From: Planctomycetota bacterium
Lineage (GTDB): Bacteria; Planctomycetota; SZUA-567; H5-PLA8
Assembly: GCA_016200135.1 (NCBI GenBank)
Contig: JACQFI010000030.1
Coordinates: 8,656 to 72,655 of the forward strand
DNA: 64,000 nt
Direction of reading: 5' to 3'
In this document: positions 35,889-43,295 of the stretch, piece after piece
How the letters are laid out: every line of letters begins with the position of its first letter
How positions within the stretch are numbered: the first letter of the stretch is position 1
Translations under genes and position numbers: made by a program
Notes under the pieces: model-generated
What the model was told of the DNA's origin: nothing
What the model saw: only the letters and a program-made list of their open reading frames with translations
The model's database searches: none

Positions 35889-38800
35889 CTACTTGTCAGG
35901 CAGTTTCATGCAGCAGCGGAAGCCGACTAAGGCCGAACGCTTGTCCTTCGCGCCAACCGTCCGATCGGTATCTTTGCAGGACGCCGCATCTTTTCCGGAC
36001 TTAAAGTTGCCGCCCGCCTGAAAAGCCCCGCCTTCATCGCCATCCTGCGTCCACTCAGAGGCGTTGCCGTTCATATCGTAGGCGCCGATCTCGTTGTAGC
36101 AGTTCGAGAACGAGCCCGCCGGCTTAACGCCGTCGCCATCCGTATTGCATGTTCCGCCCTTCGAGTCGCTCCCATAAGAAAAGCCGCGGAAGTGCTGCTT
36201 GGCCATGCACGCCGCGCTCCATTGTGCCCAGGTACAAAGCTGCTTTCCGTCATCCGCGCAATGCTTTTCTGCTTCCATCTTGGAGACATTGGTCATGGGA
36301 ACTTCGCCGGCCTTATTGGGATACTCGTACCGGTCGATGCAGAAACTGGTGCTCCGATCGTATCCGCTGGCGGGATCGTTGGGATAGTACATCAAAACGT
36401 ACTCGACCATCCCTTTTGCATGGCAGGTTTCGAGATCCTTCAAATAGGGTTTCAAACTGTCGAGTTGCTTCTGGTCGGGGTCGGCTTCGCCCGCGGCGGA
36501 GAGCGCCTTGCTCGCCTCTTCGAACGCTTCCTGACGCCAAGGTTCGTTGAGCGCTTTGCGCGCTTCCTTGATCTTTGCGTTCGAGAGTTCCGGATCGTAC
36601 TTAAGCTCCTTCTTAGTTTCCGCAACGATGGCCTGGTCCGGCCGCATACGTTCGGCTTCCTTCACGTGCCGGATCGCTTCGGCGCGTTTGCCCCCCCTCA
36701 AGCTTAATATGGCCTGCTCGATCTCGTTGCTGAAGATCAGCGAATGTTCCGCCCTGGTGGCCATCTCCTTGAGCTTGTCGTCTTCGAGGCCGCGCAAGAG
36801 GGATTGGCATTCCAGGAAAAACGTCCGCGCCTCCTTCCATTGGCGCTTCAACAAGGCGGCGTCGCCCTGGTTCATCTGGCTCTGAGCGCGCAGTTCCTTC
36901 ACTAGCAGGATAAGAAAGTCCTTTTCGCGGCCCGACGGAAGCCGAGCGGACAACTTCTCGTATTCCGCCGCCGCCTCTTCCAGGTGGCCGCCGGCGGCGA
37001 GTTCATCGCCCTTCTTGCGCTGCGACATATCCATGGCTTCTTTTTCGAGTGCAGCCGCTTCATCACCCTTGAAAAGAAACACTTGGCCTTTGAGCGCGAG
37101 AATCGCGCCCTCGTAGTCCTGCTCTTCGCAGAGTTCACGTGCGTTCGTGAGTGCTTTATTTTCGCGGAAGTACTGGAACCCGCAGTATCCCCCCACGGCC
37201 AGGACCACCAGGATGGCCACCCACTTGGCCATGCCCACGGTGCGCGCCTTGCCGAGCGATTCGATGGTCTGCTTGGCCGTCTTGTTGGCGGAATTGACGC
37301 GCAGGACTTCTTTCCAGTACCGGATCGCTTCGCCGCCGCGGCCATGCGCCGTGGCTTCGGTGGCGCGGTCGATCAGCGCCTGTTCCTTGTCGTGCAGTTC
37401 GGTCATCTCTTCGAACAGTCGCGTGACTGTGCGGTTCTGGGGATCGACTTCATGCGCCCCGGCGAAGCATTTGAGCGCCGCTTTCAGATCGCCCTGGGCG
37501 CGGCGGGATTGCGCAAGCGCCACGTAGGCGTCCACGATGGACTTAACCGCCTGGGGATGCCCGGGCCGCAGCGCGACGATCGGCTTCCAGGTCTCGATCG
37601 CCTTCTGGTAGTCCTGCTTGAGGTGGTGCTCGTAGCCGTCCTTGAGCATCATTTCGATGCGATGCAACTTGCCTTCGGCCTCGGCCGAGCCGCGCCTTGC
37701 CCGCTCGCAGCCCTGGTCGATGCGCAGCGCGTCCTGGAACGTCGCCAGGGCTTCTTCAAGACGGCCCTGCTCGTTGTACATCTCGCCCTGCTCGCACAGC
37801 TTCAGCGACGGGACGATTACGGCGCGCAGATGCTCGATCTGTTTGCTCAGGCCTTCGTCGCGCAGGTCGAGCGGCGTGCGGTCCCAAAGCTGAATGGCTT
37901 TCTCGAACTGCAAGCCCGCGATGGCCGTGCGGATATCGTTGATCAGCGTGCGCTTGGTGGAGAGCTTCGCGTCAATCTCTTTGAGCGAAGCCCGGATGCT
38001 CTCTTCCTTCGGGTCCAGCTCGATCACGATGCGGAATTCGCGGGAGGCTTCCACCAGGAGCCCGCGGCGCAGCAGGTTCTCGCCGGCCTGCCGGCGCGCG
38101 CGCACTTCGTTCTGGATCTCGTTCTCCAGGCGCTGCTGCGTGGCGCCGTCCAGATTGCGCGCCTGCAGCGCCTGGCGGTATTGCTTCAAGCCGCCGACAC
38201 GGTCGCCGCGCGAGATCATCTCGTCCCCGCGCGCGGCCAGGCCGAAGCCGTCCTCGCCGGCGCTCGCGGCAAAACTCGGCGGGACCATTTTCCCGGAACT
38301 GGCGGCTCCGCCGCCCACTCCGCCGCGCACCATCCGGTCGCTCCCTTTCGAACCCGGCGGAGGCAGCGCCGCGCCGATTCCGGAGGGTGGATCGAAGCGG
38401 CCTCCCACGATGGAGGTATTCCCTGTCGGCGCCCGCATCAACGGCCGGTCGGGCGGAGGCGCGTTAAACTCCGGCGCCGGCGGAGGCAATTGGATTTCCG
38501 CGGCGGGAGACGGCGGAAGGCCCGGCGCAGCCGCGCGGCCCGAAGCCAGCCGCCCCGAGATCCCGGCCGGCGTAGCCTGGATCGATTGGTCGATGGCCAC
38601 GATGACCTCGGTCATCGTCTGGTAGCGCTGTTCGCGCTTCTTGGCCATCATCTTGACCACCACATCGCCCACGCTGGACGCCACCGTTGGCACGATCTCG
38701 TGCGGCGGCACCAGCGCTTCGTGCTTGTGACGGTACATCATCGACATCGCCGTCTCGGCCTCGAACGGTAGGCGCCCGGTCAGCATCTTGTAATACGTGC

Positions 38801-39431
38801 CGCCCAAGCTGTAGATGTCCGTGCGGTGATCGATCTTCTTCCCGTCGCACTGCTCGGGGCTCATGAACGCCGGCGTGCCCATCACGGCGTCGGTGGAGGT
38901 CGAACTCGTGTCGGCTTCCTTCGCCAAGCCGAAATCGGAGACCTTGATCACGCCCTTCTTGGTGATCATGATATTTTCAGGCTTCACGTCGCGGTGCGTA
39001 ATGCCCCCGGCGTGCGCGGCCTCGAGCCCCTGCGCGGCGTCGCGCACGAAGCGGCAGGCGTCTTCGACCTTGAGCGGCCCGCCGAGGCGTGTCTGCATCT
39101 CGGCCAAGCTCTCGCCCTCGATCAACTCCATGATCATGTAGTGGAAGTCCTGGTCGGCGCCGACGTCGTACACCGCCAGAATGTTCGGATGGTTGACCTT
39201 CGCGATCGCGCGGGCCTCGCGCTGAAAGCGCGTGACGAAGTTGACGTCGTTCGCAAGCTTGGGCGAGAGGACCTTCAAGGCCACGACGCGGTCGAGCGAC
39301 TTCTGGCGGGCACGATAAATGATGCCCATGCCGCCGTGGCCGATCACCTCCATGATCTCGCAGCCGCCCAGCGTGCTTCCGATGGTTGGTTCAGACATGG
39401 ATCTCGGTTCATCCCTGCTGTTGAAATTCAA
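35889..39431 (-). CDS. Ser/Thr protein kinase with TPR repeats, one TM helix and C-terminal FGE-sulfatase (SUMF1-like) domain
   Basis: Kinase motifs GHGGMGIIYRA, ALKVL, HRDVKPENIM, DFGLAKE and GTPAFMSPEQ. Pro-rich linker, TPR arrays and TM helix WVAILVVLAVGGYCGFQYF. The C-terminus (IDRYEYPN...WAQWSAAC...GAYDMNGNASEWTQD...GFRCC) is typical of the FGE/SUMF1 fold. ATG 39398 is an alternative start. Confidence 0.88.
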   Translation of the reverse strand: MNFNSRDEPRSMSEPTIGSTLGGCEIMEVIGHGGMGIIYRARQKSLDRVVALKVLSPKLANDVNFVTRFQREARAIAKVNHPNILAVYDVGADQDFHYMIMELIEGESLAEMQTRLGGPLKVEDACRFVRDAAQGLEAAHAGGITHRDVKPENIMITKKGVIKVSDFGLAKEADTSSTSTDAVMGTPAFMSPEQCDGKKIDHRTDIYSLGGTYYKMLTGRLPFEAETAMSMMYRHKHEALVPPHEIVPTVASSVGDVVVKMMAKKREQRYQTMTEVIVAIDQSIQATPAGISGRLASGRAAAPGLPPSPAAEIQLPPPAPEFNAPPPDRPLMRAPTGNTSIVGGRFDPPSGIGAALPPPGSKGSDRMVRGGVGGGAASSGKMVPPSFAASAGEDGFGLAARGDEMISRGDRVGGLKQYRQALQARNLDGATQQRLENEIQNEVRARRQAGENLLRRGLLVEASREFRIVIELDPKEESIRASLKEIDAKLSTKRTLINDIRTAIAGLQFEKAIQLWDRTPLDLRDEGLSKQIEHLRAVIVPSLKLCEQGEMYNEQGRLEEALATFQDALRIDQGCERARRGSAEAEGKLHRIEMMLKDGYEHHLKQDYQKAIETWKPIVALRPGHPQAVKSIVDAYVALAQSRRAQGDLKAALKCFAGAHEVDPQNRTVTRLFEEMTELHDKEQALIDRATEATAHGRGGEAIRYWKEVLRVNSANKTAKQTIESLGKARTVGMAKWVAILVVLAVGGYCGFQYFRENKALTNARELCEEQDYEGAILALKGQVFLFKGDEAAALEKEAMDMSQRKKGDELAAGGHLEEAAAEYEKLSARLPSGREKDFLILLVKELRAQSQMNQGDAALLKRQWKEARTFFLECQSLLRGLEDDKLKEMATRAEHSLIFSNEIEQAILSLRGGKRAEAIRHVKEAERMRPDQAIVAETKKELKYDPELSNAKIKEARKALNEPWRQEAFEEASKALSAAGEADPDQKQLDSLKPYLKDLETCHAKGMVEYVLMYYPNDPASGYDRSTSFCIDRYEYPNKAGEVPMTNVSKMEAEKHCADDGKQLCTWAQWSAACMAKQHFRGFSYGSDSKGGTCNTDGDGVKPAGSFSNCYNEIGAYDMNGNASEWTQDGDEGGAFQAGGNFKSGKDAASCKDTDRTVGAKDKRSALVGFRCCMKLPDK

Positions 39432-39455
39432 TCCGGCCCGCGTGCGGGCGCCCGG

Positions 39456-39905
39456 TTACGCGCGTTCCAACTGCTTGATCTTATCCACGCGGCGCGCGTG
39501 CCTGCCACCTTCGAAATCCGATTCCAGGAACCGCTGCGCCAGCACCTCCGCCAGCCCCGGCGCCACGATCCGTTCGCCCAGGCAGAGCACGTTCGCGTCG
39601 TTATGCTTGCGCGCCATCTCCGCGAGGAACTCGTGAGTGCACGGAGCCGCCCGAATGCCCGCGATCTTGTTTGCGGAGATGGCGATGCCGGTCCCCGTTC
39701 CGCAGACGAAGATGCCCCGCTCGAATTCGCCCGCCGCCAGCCTGCGTCCCGCTTCGGACGCGTAGTCCGGATAGTCGCACGAGTCCGTCGTGTGCGTGCC
39801 GACATCCACGACGGCGCAGCCTTCCTTCTCCAAGTACGCCTTTAGATGCCGCTTGAGGGCCAGGCCCGCGTGATCGGATGCTAGCACGACCTTCCAAGGC
39901 TTCAT
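39456..39905 (-). CDS. rpiB: ribose-5-phosphate isomerase B
   Basis: 149 aa. Motifs VLASDHAGLALK, GIFVCGTGTGIAISANK and RKHNDANVLCLGERI. Confidence 0.92.
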   Translation of the reverse strand: MKPWKVVLASDHAGLALKRHLKAYLEKEGCAVVDVGTHTTDSCDYPDYASEAGRRLAAGEFERGIFVCGTGTGIAISANKIAGIRAAPCTHEFLAEMARKHNDANVLCLGERIVAPGLAEVLAQRFLESDFEGGRHARRVDKIKQLERA

Positions 39906-39921
39906 CGCTGCGCACTCCCGC

Positions 39922-40995
39922 TCACTGGCCTGAACCGCCGACGACCCGGATCACGTCGCGCATGCAGTGCGAAATGCGGTCTCGAACCTGGCGGTACCGG
40001 TCGATCGATTTCGAGACCGGATCCGGGATGTCCTCGCTTCGGGATGAAAGTAACCACACACGGTCTCTGGTCGCCGGCATGATCTTCAAGATACTCTCCC
40101 GGTGCGCCCATGTCATGGTGAATATCCAGTCGGCGGTGTCCAAAAGACCGGGACTCAGTGCACGCGTGCGGTGTTCGCTTACGTCGATGCCCACTTCTTT
40201 CATGGCCTCCACGGCCATCGGATCCGCGCGCTGGCCTTCCAGTGCGCTGGTCCCCGCCGAGACCGCGCGGAACGGCAGCGCGCCGGCCTCGCCCGAGAAG
40301 ACATCCTTCAAGGTCTCGCGGCAGAAACCCTCGGCCATCGGGCTACGGCAGGTGTTGCCGGTGCACACGAAGAGAATGGTCGGCCGGGACACGTCCAGGA
40401 TCTCGGCGGCCGGCACCAGGCCTTCCCGGAGAACCTTGGGTACGCCCGACGGGTCCACGCGCACCACGGTCGACGGCTTTCCGCGCCAGGCATTGCCGCC
40501 GTCGAGCACGACGGAGATATCGCCCTGAAGTTCGTCCAGCACCATGGCCGCGGAGGTGGGTTCCCGCGGCGAACCCGACTTATTCGCGCTCGGCGTCGCC
40601 AGCGGAAAGCCGCATTGCGTAAGGAGCGCGCGGGTGATGGGATGTTCGGAGATCCGCAAACCCACCGTCCCGCCGCCGCGGCGCGGCACGACCAGCGTCA
40701 GTGGCCCAGGCCAATAAAGGCGCGTAAGCTTGCGGGCGATGCGTGAGAATCCCGGGGTCAACTCTTCCGCTTGGCGGATGTTCGGGCATAGCAGCGCGTA
40801 AGGCTTGCCTTCCTCGCGGCCTTTTGCCTGGTTCAGACGGGCGAGCGCCTCCGGATTGCGCGCGTCCGCGCTAACTCCGTAGACCGTCTCGGTTGGAAAC
40901 GCCACCAGCGCGCCGGCTTGCAGCAGGCGGGTCGCATAGCGAATCTTGACCATGTCGTCGGCCGAACCGTCGAGCTTAAGGACTTCGGTCTTCAT
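39922..40995 (-). CDS. tsaC: fusion protein: L-threonylcarbamoyladenylate synthase (Sua5/YrdC/YwlC) domain plus low-molecular-weight phosphatase (YwlE-like) domain
   Basis: N-terminal YrdC fold (FPTETVYGVSADA, YWPGPLTLV, SANKSG). The C-terminal ~150 aa carry the P-loop ILFVCTGNTCRSPMAEG and the DIPDP acid loop. Confidence 0.85.
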   Translation of the reverse strand: MKTEVLKLDGSADDMVKIRYATRLLQAGALVAFPTETVYGVSADARNPEALARLNQAKGREEGKPYALLCPNIRQAEELTPGFSRIARKLTRLYWPGPLTLVVPRRGGGTVGLRISEHPITRALLTQCGFPLATPSANKSGSPREPTSAAMVLDELQGDISVVLDGGNAWRGKPSTVVRVDPSGVPKVLREGLVPAAEILDVSRPTILFVCTGNTCRSPMAEGFCRETLKDVFSGEAGALPFRAVSAGTSALEGQRADPMAVEAMKEVGIDVSEHRTRALSPGLLDTADWIFTMTWAHRESILKIMPATRDRVWLLSSRSEDIPDPVSKSIDRYRQVRDRISHCMRDVIRVVGGSGQ

Positions 40996-41040
40996 AGGCG
41001 TTCAGCGTAGTGGGTTGCGCTTTTTGTGCGAGTGGAAGGA

Positions 41041-41119
41041 CGAATCAGGAATCAGGGGCTAGGATTTAGGATTCAGGGAACGGAACCGACAGTCGTTGTC
41101 ACGAATGTCCCTGAATCCT
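41041..41119. repeat. palindromic intergenic repeat element (GGATTCAGGGA core)
   Basis: Perfect 12-bp arms AGGATTCAGGGA (41068-41079) and TCCCTGAATCCT (41108-41119). Preceded by direct copies GAATCAGG, AATCAGGGG and GGATTTAGG. Located between the purD stop and the tsaC-fusion start. Confidence 0.7.
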
Positions 41120-41131
41120 ACCCACTTGGAT

Positions 41132-42439
41132 TCAGCCCTGCCGCTTGAGCGCCCGGTGCGCGATGTCCTTGCGATACTGCGCGCCGTCGAAGGAAATCTT
41201 CGCCACGCCCTGATACGCGCGCTCGACGGCCATCTGGAGCGTCGCGGCGGTGGCGGTGACGCCCAGCACGCGGCCGCCGGCCGTGGCAACGCGGCCTTCC
41301 GCTGCCTTGGCCGTGCCGGCATGGAAGACGGTGACGTCGGGCAGGCCCACCTGGCCGCTCGCATCCAGCCCCGAGATCGCCGCGCCCTTCTTGTACGCTC
41401 CCGGATAGCCGCCCGCGGCCATCACGACGCAGACCGCCGGATCGGACGAGATCTCCACGCCGTTCTCTTCGAGTTTACCCTGCTGAATCTTCTCGATGAT
41501 GTCCACCAGGTCGCCCTTCAGGCGCGGCAGGATACACTGGCATTCGGGGTCGCCGAAGCGGCAGTTGTATTCGAGCACTTTCGGGCCCGCATCGGTGAGC
41601 ATCAGGCCCGCGTAGAGCACGCCCTTGTACGGGCGTTCCTCGCGGTTCATCGCGTGCAGGGTCGGCACGAGGATCTCGCGGACGATGCGGTCCTCGACTT
41701 CGGGCGTGACGCACGGTGCGGGCGAGTACGCCCCCATTCCGCCTGTGTTCGGGCCCGTGTCGCCGTCGCCGATGCGCTTGTGGTCCTGCGCGCTCGGCAG
41801 CAGCGCGATCGTCTGGCCGTCGGTCAGGCACAGGACGCTCGCCTCTTCGCCCTTCAGCGTCTCTTCGACGATCACTTTCGCACCGGCCTCGCCGAAGGCC
41901 TTCTCGACCATCATCTGCTTCACGGCCGCGGCGGCTTCCGCGCCGTCCTTGGCCATGATCACGCCCTTGCCCGCCGCCAGCCCGTCGGCCTTCACCACCA
42001 GCGGCCCGCCGTGGTCCTGGCAATACTTCAGGGCTTTATCGGAATCGGTGAACGCCTGGAACTCCGCCGAGGGAATACCGTGCTTGCGCAGCAGCGTCTT
42101 GGTGAAGGTCTTGCTGCCTTCCAGTTCCGCGCAGCGCTGCGAGGGCCCGAAGCAGTTCCAGCCCTCGGCCTCCCAGCGGTCCGCGACGCCCAGCACCAGC
42201 GGAGCCTCGGGGCCGATCACGGTCAGGTCGATGCGTTCGCGGCGTACGAACCGCGCAAGGCTGTCCAGGTTCTCGGAAGTGATGTCGATGCACTCGACCG
42301 CGCCGCACTTCTCGCCGCGCGTGAGCGCGATGCCGGCGTTGCCCGGCGCGCAATAGAGTTTGGTGACGCGGGAGGACTGCGCGAGTTTCCAGCAGAGCGC
42401 GTGCTCGCGCCCGCCCCCGCCGACGACCAGAATCTTCAT
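41132..42439 (-). CDS. purD: phosphoribosylamine--glycine ligase
   Basis: Start at ATG 42439 (MKILVVGGGGREHAL). ATP-grasp motifs and GDTGPNTGGMGAYSPAP. About 435 aa. Confidence 0.93.
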   Translation of the reverse strand: MKILVVGGGGREHALCWKLAQSSRVTKLYCAPGNAGIALTRGEKCGAVECIDITSENLDSLARFVRRERIDLTVIGPEAPLVLGVADRWEAEGWNCFGPSQRCAELEGSKTFTKTLLRKHGIPSAEFQAFTDSDKALKYCQDHGGPLVVKADGLAAGKGVIMAKDGAEAAAAVKQMMVEKAFGEAGAKVIVEETLKGEEASVLCLTDGQTIALLPSAQDHKRIGDGDTGPNTGGMGAYSPAPCVTPEVEDRIVREILVPTLHAMNREERPYKGVLYAGLMLTDAGPKVLEYNCRFGDPECQCILPRLKGDLVDIIEKIQQGKLEENGVEISSDPAVCVVMAAGGYPGAYKKGAAISGLDASGQVGLPDVTVFHAGTAKAAEGRVATAGGRVLGVTATAATLQMAVERAYQGVAKISFDGAQYRKDIAHRALKRQG

Positions 42440-42565
42440 GCACGCCTCCGGAACAGACGACCTCAAATCGCTTCGGCACACTCGAATCTAAGCCCGCCCT
42501 GAGCGTGCATCCAGAAGTTTTCGAGCCACGTCTAAAATCTTGCGCGAGTGGGTTATACTGTCGTG

Positions 42566-42934
42566 ATGGAGACAGGCAAGCCGCGCCGCTGGTTCCAGCT
42601 TCACCTATCCACGTGCGTGGCAATGATGCTTATCGCGGCTGGACTGTTGTGGCTAAACGTAAGGCCAATCACAAACCCAATGTGGGAAGGCGCTGAACTG
42701 GATTTTCTTACCGGATATGGTTGGCCTTTGATTCATTATTATGTGCCAAATGGTAATTTGACGCTGGTAGATTTAGCGTTTGCAGGAATTGAACATGATC
42801 CGTCAAGCAGAGTGCTATGGTTTCGAGCATTGGTTAATGGAATAGTCTTTCTACTCTCAGTAATAGCAGTGGCAGGTATTTTCGAATTACTGCTGGGCCG
42901 CTTTTGCAACCCAATTGTCAATCGTCAATTGTAA
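42566..42934 (+). CDS. small hypothetical membrane protein (low-GC gene)
   Basis: ATG 42566 (METGKPRRWFQLHLSTCVAMMLIAAGLLWL). A second TM helix lies near the C-terminus (IVFLLSVIAVAGIFELLL). Clearly AT-richer than the neighbouring genes. Confidence 0.55.
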   Translation: METGKPRRWFQLHLSTCVAMMLIAAGLLWLNVRPITNPMWEGAELDFLTGYGWPLIHYYVPNGNLTLVDLAFAGIEHDPSSRVLWFRALVNGIVFLLSVIAVAGIFELLLGRFCNPIVNRQL

Positions 42935-43057
42935 ATCGTCAATTCACTCGCCTGGGATTCCTTCCTTCCCCGGCCGCTTCGCAGGCTCGATGATCCCTTC
43001 CAACGGGCTGCTGGCGGTCGCGTAGAGTTTCTTCGCGATGCGCCCGCTGCGCGCGGC
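42913..43057. repeat. left 145-bp direct repeat (displaced copy of the thiG 3' end)
   Basis: Ungapped alignment with 44656-44800 at a constant offset of 1743 bp. 132/145 positions identical by manual count. Confidence 0.9.
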
Positions 43058-43234
43058 CTGCACTCCTTCCGCGGGCACGTGCGGATATTCCTTGAGGAAC
43101 CCGTTCAGCGTCCCGCCTTCGGCAAACCATTCCAGCACGTGCGCCACCGAGAGCCGCGTCCCGCCGCCCAGCGTACCCGAGTCGCCGACGATCCACGCTT
43201 TCCCGTTGTCGAGCTTCGCTTTCCTGTTTTTCAT
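42944..43234 (-). CDS. DUF433-like protein whose C-terminal 34 residues derive from a duplicated thiG tail (chimeric ORF)
   Basis: N-terminal DUF433 signature (GGGTRLSVAHVLEWFAEGGTLNGFLKEYPHVPAEGVQAA). The C-terminus ([34 protein letters not shown]) matches the ThiG C-terminus ([34 protein letters not shown]). Confidence 0.6.
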   Translation of the reverse strand: MKNRKAKLDNGKAWIVGDSGTLGGGTRLSVAHVLEWFAEGGTLNGFLKEYPHVPAEGVQAARSGRIAKKLYATASSPLEGIIEPAKRPGKEGIPGE

Positions 43235-43295
43235 GCTGCTATCTCCACACGTAAAGAATACCCTTCTTCGAAGGCCGTTACAATGGATATGTGCT

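Noticed and set aside
36984-39845. Plus-strand ORFs 36984..38771 (595 aa) and 38826..39845 (339 aa)
   Set aside because: They are antisense to the Ser/Thr kinase and rpiB genes, with low-complexity Arg/Ala/Leu/Val composition and no motifs.
41096-42502. 468-aa plus-strand ORF opposite purD
   Set aside because: purD on the minus strand has unmistakable motifs, and the plus-strand translation is Arg/Ala/Leu-rich shadow sequence.
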